Of a stretch of 27,568 nt of DNA, positions 1 to 8,400 are shown piece by piece. Every line of letters begins with the position of its first letter. The stretch's first letter is position 1. The notes under the pieces are model-generated. The model had not been told where the DNA came from. It ran no database searches and saw nothing but the letters and a program-made list of their open reading frames with translations. Source of the stretch: an uncultured Deferribacteres bacterium (lineage in GTDB: Bacteria > Zhuqueibacterota > Zhuqueibacteria > Zhuqueibacterales > Geothermadaptataceae); assembly GCA_964014485.1 (NCBI GenBank), contig CAXHAT010000099.1, forward strand, positions 1-27,568, written 5' to 3'. A program made the position numbers and the translations under genes.

Positions 1-44
1 CACCAAGAAGCTCGTCGGCAGCGTCAGATGTGTATAAGAGACAG
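1..44 (+). other. Illumina Nextera adapter artefact (P5 tail CAC + 8-nt index + read-1 transposase adapter)
   Basis: 12-44 = TCGTCGGCAGCGTCAGATGTGTATAAGAGACAG, the exact Nextera read-1 adapter including the 19-bp Tn5 mosaic end. It is preceded by CAC + CAAGAAGC, consistent with the end of P5 plus an i5 index. Confidence 0.98.
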
Positions 45-151
45 TTGCGGCTCTGCGTTTTGAAAAGTCTTGCCCAAAAACCCGTGCTCGAATGCATTTG
101 TCGAACTATGGCGGAAAATAATTTTGCAGACTAAGCGGTCAACCAAGTTTT

Positions 152-1573
152 CTAAAACGCGAAGCCCGCGTTTTGGTCAACTTCACGATCCAATTGTTGC
201 AGCGCTGCGTGAACATTCAGAACGCCGCTTCCTCCGCCGGCTCCTTCTCCCGGTCGCCATGGCCGGGCCGTTTTTTGTAAAATTTCTCCAATTTTCTCCG
301 CCGACGTCGGGTGCGAACGTTTCCTGGAGCGACTAACCAGAAGTGCAGCAGCGGCGGCCACGAACGGCGCCGCGAAACTGGTTCCCGTCGCCAATTGATA
401 ACCCTTCAAATTCGCGCTCACCACCTTTTCGCCGGGCGCGCTCAATTTTACATGCCCCCCCCTCGTGCTGAATCCCGACAACTTGCCGTCCGCATTGACC
501 GATCCCACCGCAATCACGCCGTCCAGCGCCGCCGGCAGAAAACGCTCTTCCTTGCCCGAATTTCCGCTTGCCGCCACCATAACGCAGCCGCGCGCCAAAC
601 CGTAGCGCACCACATCGGCGTGCGGTCGCGGATCGTCGGAGTCAAGGGCGCGCTCCGGCGTGCCAAAACTCATGTTGATCACGGTCGCGCCAAGATCAAT
701 CGCCGTTTTGACGCCGAAATCAATATCGGAGATTCTGCCGACGCCGACCGGCTCCGCCTTACCGGAAACGCGCGCCGCGCCGAGAACGCGGATCGGCAGC
801 AGGCCGCATTCCCCCGCCAATCCCGGCGGCAAACCGCTGCCGAGGGCGCCAACAATTGCTGCGCAGGCCGTACCATGTCCGACTTCATCTTCGGGATCTG
901 CGTCAATGCCGCTCAAGTCGCCAAGCAATTGTACGCCGTTGGCCAAATCTCGATGACCAAGCTGCACAGCGTCTAATCCTGGACGCAGGCGCTGACGCAA
1001 GTCCGGGTGTTCCGCCGCCACGCCGGTGTCCACAATTGCAGTGATGACGGCCGGATCTCCGGGTTCATAAGCCATGGCTTCAGGCGCGCCAATCATTTCT
1101 CGCGATTGCCAGGCCGCTTCAAAGGAAGCCGTATCAGCGTTTGCCGAAGAAAACGGCGTGGCGCACAAATAAAGCGGTGACGCTTCTTCAACACAGTCGA
1201 GTTGGCGCAGCGCGTCGACCAGATCGGCGATTGAGCAGTCGTCCGCCGTCTCCACTCGAAAAGTGCGGGCGAGACCGGTCGCATGTTCCAGATCATCAAA
1301 GCCTTGATGATGAGCGCCTGTCTTACCTAATGAATTCGCCGCTGTATGCACACGCGCCACTCTGGCGGCGCCGCCAAGCTTTCTGAGAATACGGTCGACC
1401 GGTCCGCCGTCCACTCTTTCTACCGGACGAGCCGCCCCTCGTCGGACGTCCAGGGCCGTTGGAATCGCTTCGGGGGCTTCGCCGAGGGCAAGTTTCATGA
1501 CCAAACGCCCAGGCGCGCTGTATAATTCGCTACTCTGCGCCCACGGCATAATCAGTTGTTGCGTTGCGTGCAT
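152..1573 (-). CDS. S8 family (subtilisin-like) serine peptidase with N-terminal pro-region, no signal peptide
   Basis: Complete catalytic set: IVDTG (Asp), GHGTACA (His), ASGN (oxyanion Asn), GTSFAAP (Ser). ATG at 1573 (MHATQQ) is preferred because the longer TTG-1735 extension runs through an inverted repeat. Confidence 0.93.
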   Translation of the reverse strand: MHATQQLIMPWAQSSELYSAPGRLVMKLALGEAPEAIPTALDVRRGAARPVERVDGGPVDRILRKLGGAARVARVHTAANSLGKTGAHHQGFDDLEHATGLARTFRVETADDCSIADLVDALRQLDCVEEASPLYLCATPFSSANADTASFEAAWQSREMIGAPEAMAYEPGDPAVITAIVDTGVAAEHPDLRQRLRPGLDAVQLGHRDLANGVQLLGDLSGIDADPEDEVGHGTACAAIVGALGSGLPPGLAGECGLLPIRVLGAARVSGKAEPVGVGRISDIDFGVKTAIDLGATVINMSFGTPERALDSDDPRPHADVVRYGLARGCVMVAASGNSGKEERFLPAALDGVIAVGSVNADGKLSGFSTRGGHVKLSAPGEKVVSANLKGYQLATGTSFAAPFVAAAAALLVSRSRKRSHPTSAEKIGEILQKTARPWRPGEGAGGGSGVLNVHAALQQLDREVDQNAGFAF

Positions 1574-1633
1574 GGTTGTTCGCTTTATAATTAAATTTAG
1601 ATCAACCCGGCCTGTACTTTTATACCAAGAAAT

Positions 1634-1752
1634 GGAGTGCAAGGCTTGCCTTGCCATTCTGTCGAAGGCTTTCTTCGATCTTCTCAATTCTAATCGATAT
1701 TTTCCGCGCTTTCCTGTTGTCCGGGTGAGAAGCAAAGCAAGCTTCGTACTCC
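1634..1752. repeat. Intergenic imperfect inverted repeat, GGAG-type REP/REPIN-like
   Basis: Arm 1634-1654 GGAGTGCAAGGCTTGCCTTGC versus reverse complement of 1732-1752 GGAGTACGAAGCTTGCTTTGC: 17/21 identical. Confidence 0.7.
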
Positions 1753-1758
1753 GCAGCC

Positions 1759-2655
1759 TTATTCCAAAGCGCCCAGGCTAAAGGCGTCCGGTGAGATTTC
1801 ACCGTTCTCATTAAGTTCGTTAGAAACATCGAATTCAGTTTCAACTGTTTTGCCCGGCTCCACTTCTAAGGCCAAAGCCCCGCTCAACTGGTGCGCTTGC
1901 GGCGCAACAACAACTTCATGCTCGGTCGCACGGACAACAGGAACGAGCTGGCCGCGAATCCGCACTTGCGGCTTCATTTTTGTCATCAGGTTATTGCCGC
2001 GAATTTTCAAAAGAGGCGGCGCCTTGCTCAACCCGGCTTTACCGATTGCCGCACTTCCTTTTAAAGGCGGTGAGGTTACAGCCGGATTGAAGGCGACTTT
2101 CGCATTTCGATTAATCGACGGCGTTGTCGTCACCTTGGTCACCATCGGACGGGTAGCGCGTTGAAGCGCCGCGCGAAGGCGCTGCACCGGCAGTTGGGTG
2201 AATTTCTGGATCGTCTCTTCATTGCTCGATCTCTGCAATTCCTTGAGCTGCGAAACCGAATGAACGCCAGCCCATTCCAGCCTCCGCTGCTCGTCTTCGC
2301 TGATATCGTCGCCCAACACTTCCCTCAGCGACGGCTCGTCCGACGCTAAAGTCGTTTGCAAAGTATTTTCTTCGATCATGGGCCGGGTAATGGTTGTGAA
2401 CGACAAATGAATCGTGCTCGCACCCGATTCGTTGGCGCCGGCCGGGTGAATCCGTACCGCGCTGCCGGTCATATCGATGTGCGCCTTCAAATCGATGTTA
2501 AGATCTTTCACCGCAAACGTCATCGGCATGCCGGCGCGCGCCTTCAAGGCCAGCGCGGCCTGGGCGCGATCCAATTGGCTCGTGAGCGCTTGAATAAATT
2601 GTTCAATGGGAACGCCGCCGCCGTCATGATTCACGTTTCTTTCCTTTCTTGCCAT
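1759..2655 (-). CDS. Hypothetical protein: Trypco2-like N-terminal domain, helical middle, IPT/TIG-like C-terminal domain
   Basis: 298-aa ORF; alternative GTG start at 2634 overlaps the upstream stop (GTGA). N-terminus is helix then strands (PIEQFIQALTSQLDRAQ...FAVKDLNIDLKA...STIHLSF). Middle has RRLEWAGVHSVSQL. C-terminus LKIRGNNL...VRIRGQLVPVVRATEHEVVV resembles IPT/TIG. Domain names are pattern-based. Confidence 0.75.
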   Translation of the reverse strand: MARKERNVNHDGGGVPIEQFIQALTSQLDRAQAALALKARAGMPMTFAVKDLNIDLKAHIDMTGSAVRIHPAGANESGASTIHLSFTTITRPMIEENTLQTTLASDEPSLREVLGDDISEDEQRRLEWAGVHSVSQLKELQRSSNEETIQKFTQLPVQRLRAALQRATRPMVTKVTTTPSINRNAKVAFNPAVTSPPLKGSAAIGKAGLSKAPPLLKIRGNNLMTKMKPQVRIRGQLVPVVRATEHEVVVAPQAHQLSGALALEVEPGKTVETEFDVSNELNENGEISPDAFSLGALE

Positions 2656-2876
2656 TGCACCACAAGGCGTCCCGGCGGCGCTTCAAATCCGGTTTTCCAA
2701 CGCCAAAGCGGCAGGTCCGCGAAAACATCAAGCGCGTCCGCATGATTTTCAAAACGAACTTCAATCGGCACGTCAATGTGGAGTCCGGTGACACGGACGC
2801 CCTGTTCTGCTCCATTCTCCGAGACCATCGCTCCGGCAAGATCGACCAATGTGTCTGACAGCAATCGACGGTTCAT
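2631..2876 (-). CDS. Small hypothetical protein (helix plus beta strands, Trypco-like pattern)
   Basis: 81-aa ATG ORF co-oriented with the operon and overlapping the next gene. LSDTLVDLAGAM helix, VRVTGLHIDVPIEV strand, RLVVQW terminal strand. Confidence 0.75.
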   Translation of the reverse strand: MNRRLLSDTLVDLAGAMVSENGAEQGVRVTGLHIDVPIEVRFENHADALDVFADLPLWRWKTGFEAPPGRLVVQWQERKET

Positions 2877-2910
2877 TTTAGCACCGTTTTTTGTAGTTCC
2901 GGGTCAATCA

Positions 2911-2934
2911 GTAGGGCATATTACAATACCCTAC
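2911..2934. repeat. GTAG-type REP-like hairpin
   Basis: GTAGGG-CA-TATT-AC-AATA-CCCTAC palindrome in the intergenic gap. Confidence 0.6.
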
Positions 2935-2995
2935 CCGCCTGTCATTTCATAGAACCCGCGACGTTCAGCAACGATTGGACAGAGTTGCTTACTCA

Positions 2996-4270
2996 CTATT
3001 CTTTTTCATTTGCACCTTCTCGCGGTGCGGCGTCGTCAGAGACTGGCTGCACCGACGTCTCGGGTTCAGGGGCCGTGGCGGCGGGCGGTTCCGGCGGCTG
3101 AGACGCGGGCTCCTGAATAGTTTCACTTTGTCTTCGACGATCTGTCGCCGGGCGGGCGTTACGTTGCAGCATCGTCATGAGCGCTTCATCGGCGAAGCGT
3201 TCCAGCGGCAAGGTTTCGCTTTCAAAATTGATTTTGACCTGACCGAATAACTCAGCTTGCAGTGTGGTTTCCGCCTGGGCGTTGGCGCCAACGGTTGAAA
3301 TCATGGTTGCATGCCGCATTGCTGAAGCGCCGCCTCGCCGTCCCCATGAAGGCTGGCCGGGGTCTTGAGAAACGGCATAGTCCACGTTGGCAAGATCACG
3401 CGCCGCAGCTCGAAAACGCACGCGCGCGGAAATCGAGCCGTCCTTGACGTTGATGCGATTCATGCCGAGCAGTACCATCGTCGCTAGCATTTGCAAGCGG
3501 TTTTCGCCGATTCGTCGCCTCGCATACGGCAACAGTTGATTTTCCAAAAGCTCTTCGGTCAGTTCTTCGCCCTCGAGACCAAAATCAGCAAGCCATTCCG
3601 GCGCGGCGGCAAAACCGTTTTCGTCATCCTGCATTTTAGAATAAAGGCGGGGCTGCGCGCCGTCAAGATCAAGCCCGACGTCAGCGGGGTACTGTTCCGC
3701 GAGCCAATCCCTTGCCTGGTTCGCGGTCACATTGTCGCGAGTAAAATCATCAACGTTTTTCGCGACTGCGCTGACGAGATCGGCGAAAGCCTCCATCTGC
3801 CGAATCGCTGAATCGACGATAGCGTCGAACGTGCCGTGAATGAGCCCGGCGACGAATGCAGGAAAATCAATCTCATCGCTCAAAGCTCCTGCGCGTGCGG
3901 CAAGCGTTTCCGTCGCCGCCGGTTTTGCCTTACGCTGCCCTGCATCACCGACCTGTGGCTGCGTTTGGGCGTTTTCGGCGCCAAAGCTTCGCCGCGTTCG
4001 CGCGCGCCGATGCATAAAATCGCCGGGCGTTTCCAAGGTAAAGGCGTAAGGATCGGCCGCCTTCGACGCTTGCGCAGACGCTTCCGGTGAAAGTGCGCCG
4101 CGAATTTTACCCAGATCGCCGAGCAAAGATGCACGGGCTTCCGGGGCCAAGCGCTGGAACGCCGGAGATTGTCGGAGTTTTTCTTCCGCCCGCGCCGCCA
4201 AGCCGCGCGCCGCGAGCACTTCCTGCGTTTCGTTTTTCACGTTTATTTCATTTCCGGTTTTCGTCATCAC
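2996..4270 (-). CDS. Hypothetical protein with DUF2589-like helix/strand pattern
   Basis: 424-aa ORF whose start overlaps the upstream stop (GTGATG). Amphipathic helix IDFPAFVAGLIHGTFDAIVDSAIRQMEAFADLV, later long strands RINVKDGSISARVRF and AELFGQVKINFES, low-complexity termini. Confidence 0.8.
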   Translation of the reverse strand: MMTKTGNEINVKNETQEVLAARGLAARAEEKLRQSPAFQRLAPEARASLLGDLGKIRGALSPEASAQASKAADPYAFTLETPGDFMHRRARTRRSFGAENAQTQPQVGDAGQRKAKPAATETLAARAGALSDEIDFPAFVAGLIHGTFDAIVDSAIRQMEAFADLVSAVAKNVDDFTRDNVTANQARDWLAEQYPADVGLDLDGAQPRLYSKMQDDENGFAAAPEWLADFGLEGEELTEELLENQLLPYARRRIGENRLQMLATMVLLGMNRINVKDGSISARVRFRAAARDLANVDYAVSQDPGQPSWGRRGGASAMRHATMISTVGANAQAETTLQAELFGQVKINFESETLPLERFADEALMTMLQRNARPATDRRRQSETIQEPASQPPEPPAATAPEPETSVQPVSDDAAPREGANEKE

Positions 4271-5469
4271 AAAGCGTAAAAAACATCTTTCAAATTCGTC
4301 GAATCACGCAGACGAAGCAGCCGCGTTCGCGCAGCGCCTTTTGCCCCCGCGAGCAGGCGGCAAACATGGTCCGTCCCGATAGGCAGCGCCGCCGCGCCCT
4401 GCTCTCGCAAAGCGGCGACCAACGACGCGTGGGTTTGCGGGGCGAAAACACCTGATTGCGTCACACCCGCCGCCGCCTGAAAATCGGTTAATTTTTCATA
4501 TCCAAGCATTTGAAGCGCGTGCTGCCGCTGCATTGCCGTACGCAACGGGCCGACCGCTTGCACAACTCGGCGTAAGCCGCCGCCCAGACCGCGCGCAATC
4601 ACGCAATCGAAGGCCATCGCCAGTCCGCGATCGCTCGCAACGCCAAGCTTGCCGACAACGTCGAGCATGGGGCGAAACAATTTTTCAATCGCCGCTTCAT
4701 TTTGGGCGTTTTGGAAAGCTTCAATCTCTCCCGCCCGGCGGAATCTGCCCAGCCATTCACTGCTCCATAACGTTTTGCCGTTGACCGGCTGCAAACGTTC
4801 TTCCGGCGTCGCCGCATTCGTCACTTCGAGCAGCGTTTGCGCGTGTTCGCCGAAAATCTCTGAAAACGCAGCGGCGTCGCGTTGCTGCATGAGACGCAGC
4901 ACTTCGCCGAGGCGTCCGGATTCCTGCGTAAAAAGCAGTAATCCGAATCCCAGACCGAATTGCCTTTTTTGGTGCGCCGGATGTTTTGCCGTGGTGAATT
5001 CACGATTTGCTGAAACCGCCGAATAGAGCGCGTCGCCTGAATGCGCCGTCGCGACTTCTCGGACGATGCGGTATATTTCCGGGTTGGTCAGCGCCATTCT
5101 TTCTGCCTGCGGCTCAACCGGCTGCTCAGGATCGGCTTCTTCGCCAAGAATGTCGGTATAATCCGCTTCTTTTAAATTGACCGACGCTCCGGCGGGCGTT
5201 TCTTCTTCCGAGAAGGCCTGCGTTTGTTGTTCAGGCGTTTCACCTTTCTCGCCGACAACCTGGACGGACTGAATCGTATCTTCCGGCGGCTCAGAAAGCA
5301 CGAACTCGGGCTGAGATGCAGCTTGTCCGTTTCCCCCGGAAGCCGCCGCGGCAACCGAAGGGTCGTCGACGACCTGGACGTTTTGCACTTCGTCTTCCGG
5401 GGGCGGCGAAAGGACAAATTTGCGTTTGGATTCAGCGCTGTGGTCGTTTGTATTTTGGTTGGCTTGCAT
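4267..5469 (-). CDS. Lysozyme/chitosanase-like fold protein with C-terminal peptidoglycan-binding-like motif and acidic repeated N-terminus
   Basis: RBS AGGAGA precedes the ATG. GLGFGLLLFTQESGRL resembles the lysozyme-superfamily GxxQ hairpin; LTDFQAAAGVTQSGVFAPQT resembles PG_binding_1 (FQxxxGLxxDGxxGxxT). Confidence 0.7.
   Translation of the reverse strand: MQANQNTNDHSAESKRKFVLSPPPEDEVQNVQVVDDPSVAAAASGGNGQAASQPEFVLSEPPEDTIQSVQVVGEKGETPEQQTQAFSEEETPAGASVNLKEADYTDILGEEADPEQPVEPQAERMALTNPEIYRIVREVATAHSGDALYSAVSANREFTTAKHPAHQKRQFGLGFGLLLFTQESGRLGEVLRLMQQRDAAAFSEIFGEHAQTLLEVTNAATPEERLQPVNGKTLWSSEWLGRFRRAGEIEAFQNAQNEAAIEKLFRPMLDVVGKLGVASDRGLAMAFDCVIARGLGGGLRRVVQAVGPLRTAMQRQHALQMLGYEKLTDFQAAAGVTQSGVFAPQTHASLVAALREQGAAALPIGTDHVCRLLAGAKGAARTRLLRLRDSTNLKDVFYAL
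5254..5418 (-). repeat. Intragenic 17-aa duplication FVLSxPPEDxxQxVQVV
   Basis: FVLSPPPEDEVQNVQVV (5368-5418) and FVLSEPPEDTIQSVQVV (5254-5304). Confidence 0.85.
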
Positions 5470-5482
5470 AAATTATCTCCTG

Positions 5483-8400
5483 TCACTTTTGCGTCCAGCG
5501 CCGGCGAATATCATAGCTTCCGTTGCCGTATAAAGTCAGGTCGGTTATGGCGATCCAGTCATCATGCGGCCACGTCCAGCCAAAGCGGTAGTGGAAACGC
5601 AGTTTGACAGCGGCAAACCGTGCGCTAGTCGCCGGAACGGTAGTATAAGTGTTGGCGTCATTCATGATGTTTTCCTTCACGGTCAAGCTGCCGCCCATGG
5701 CGTCGCTGTTATTGACGACCGAAACCTGAATGTTGCCAAGAGAGCGACCGTTATATTGAAACACGACTTCGCAGTCCACATAAATCTTGTCGAACCCCAG
5801 GGCTGTGCTTGCCACCGGCCCGGCTATCTTGAGCGTTTTGTTTTGATAGCCTGCCGTACCGGCGTTCGAAGGGTAGTCGCCAATGTGCTTGAGTCCTTGC
5901 AATTGATCGAGTTCCCAGTGCACGTCGCCTTCGTTGTCGAGAATGCGAGACATGGTGGCGCCAACAATCGCCGACGCAATTTCAACCGCCTGCATCGATT
6001 TGGCGACGCCTTGTCCGGCCGCCAAATCCGGCGTGTTCGGACGGCAGGTTTCATTCGCGTTTGCGGCTTGAGACAGACTCGCGCCGTATTGAATCGTGCG
6101 TCCGTCCGTACCGCCGGCGTGAAGGATTTGGGCGGTTATCCCGCCGGAGGGAATTCGCATGGTCAAGTCTTCATATTCTTGCATGAAGTCGGCGTATCTC
6201 TTTTCCGCTCGCCATTGCCCGGTCCCAACGGGCCAAGGATCATTGTAAATGACGGTTGTGCCGCCAGGCGTGCCGTCGCCGTAAAGCCCAGTCACCGTTA
6301 CCGCATGACCCGAGTTTGGTCGGGCAACGCCGATCCAGACCGGACCGTTGTTTTCCAACATTTGACGAAAGCCTTCAACCGTATAGCTTGCCAGAGGCTC
6401 TTTAACAAGTCCCCAGGCGTCCGCCAACGTTTCAATACTGCTTGGAGAAAGACCTCGTCTATAAGCCGCCCAGAGTCCGGAGCCGCGAGCGATTTCTTCA
6501 GGAATGAGACAAACGCGCTCCCGCCAGCCGACCACCATTGCCGCGGCCGCCGCCCAGCAAGACATGCCCGTCAACTGCGGCGCAAGATCGACACTGTTCC
6601 AGTTCATGTAGAAACTTTGGTCGCTCGACATCGCTTCCGACGAACACGTTCCGGCGCTGCACGATCTGCTTTGAGCGGCCATGCTATAGCTCCCGGACTC
6701 GCTGCAATTGAGTTTCGTCATGCTGCGTCCGCCAGCACTTGCTGCGTGCATCAATTGCACGTCCATATGCGTCGCGGTTGCAGGGTCTCCGCCGGGGCGC
6801 GGATCAAACTTCGACGCAAGCTGACGAAATGTTCTTGAATACTGGCTGCCGGAACTCGGCGTCGGATTTTGTTGAGGGCCGCCTGGGCTGTCCGCGTTCT
6901 CGCCCCAAGGGTCGTTAAAATAGACGTAAGTTCCGTCTTCCGTGCCGTCGCCGCAAACGCCGGTAATGACAGCGGCGTGCGGGTGATTTCCATCTTTCGG
7001 CGCCACCCAGAGCGGGCCGTATCTCTCCAGCATTTGGCACAATTCCTTCAGCGTATACGCCGCGTGATTTTCCAGCGTAAGATTACCGGCTTGCGCTACG
7101 GAAGTGCGATCAAATCCATTACCGAGCTGCGCCGGATTCACCGACATGCTGTCGCGCCAGCCAACAACCATGGCGGCGGCCTCCGACCAACTGTTCGCGC
7201 GCCCGGCGTCTTGAACCAAATGCACATTGCCCCAAGCCTTGTTAACCGGAATCGCGCCGCTTCCGGGAGCCGTAAGGTTATTTTGGGAAAACGCTTGCGC
7301 GCTTGTGCCGCTTGAGCTACCTACAGACCAGATCCAATTGATTTTATCTTCCGTCAGTCGACAACCTTGATTGAGCGTATCGCTGAACTGATTCGTGCCT
7401 TCAACCTTGGCTCTCGATACGTGAACGCCGATGGCGGAAACGGCCAGCACGGATTGCTGGCGCTCTTCATCGTTGTAGGCATAAACATAATAAACCGGCG
7501 AGCCGCTGTTGCCGCCAAGCGTTTGCAGGTTATATTGAAAACGCTCCATATTGTCGGACAGGCCTTGAATCGTATCGGCGTCGAGGCGTTGTTTCCTCCA
7601 ATCGAGAATAATGTTTTTATATCTGCGGCTTCGGTATGGGTAACCGCAAACAATAATTGGCTCCAGAATCGACATATTAAGCGCTTCGAGTTCGAAATAC
7701 CAGCCGTTCGGCGGCGGTGATTCAACGCTAATAACCCCCAAGTCGAAATCGTTCGAATCGCCAGTATGAGTGAGATAGCTTGGATGGGGAGTAAGAGCTG
7801 AAGAGTAAACTTCAAAGGAGCTGAATGGTTTTACGTCTCCATTCATTCCCGGGGTAATAATGATTTTTTCCGCTTTCGCTCCTGTTTGCGGGTGAAAAAA
7901 ATTATGTGCGCAGGTTAGAATCCTATCCTGAGAAATGTAGAAGCCGGTGCCAAAAAATCTGCCGGACTCTCCTGGAAAATATATCTGGAATTGGCAAATC
8001 GCCGAATGTGGAGAAAACGTTGTATCATCGACTCCCGCATGCCAGCGACTGTATTTTTTGCCCCATTCATACCATGATTCGAGTGCATCCAAAAAACCGG
8101 TTGGTTGATAAAGCGGGTCAACGATCTCCAAGGCGTGCGCGGTCGTACTATTCACGTTAAATGATTGAGCGGCGGCGACCGAAACACCTTGAATCAAGTT
8201 ATCGAGAAATCTGTCCCATTCCCCTTCCTGGGAAAAATCATAGCCGACCGAAATTGAGTCGGCTTGGCTTTTTGGGCCCCAATCGCCGTCAACCGTCAGG
8301 TTTTTGCCAAACACTTCGTTGAGAACGCGCTGGGCGAATTTGGCCTGTGATTCCGCTGCCCTCCAATGCGTGGGGCGGCCCAAATCGCAGTGCCAATGAT

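Noticed and set aside
26..44. Tn5 mosaic end as a genuine transposon terminus
   Set aside because: It is embedded in the full Nextera adapter with an index-like sequence; library artefact.
1574..1735. 54-aa N-terminal extension of the S8 ORF
   Set aside because: TTG start without RBS that runs through the intergenic repeat; ATG 1573 is more plausible.
1737..1751. Second sigma-54 promoter before the S8 gene (shares the 12-mer GTACGAAGCTTG with 9846-9857)
   Set aside because: The invariant -24 GG is AG here, and the sequence is explained as one arm of the REP-like inverted repeat.
5564..6838. 424-aa plus-strand ORF and other long antisense ORFs (e.g. 311-976, 14932-15630, 25279-25875)
   Set aside because: They lie opposite genes with clear motifs and have no recognisable domains; shadow ORFs.
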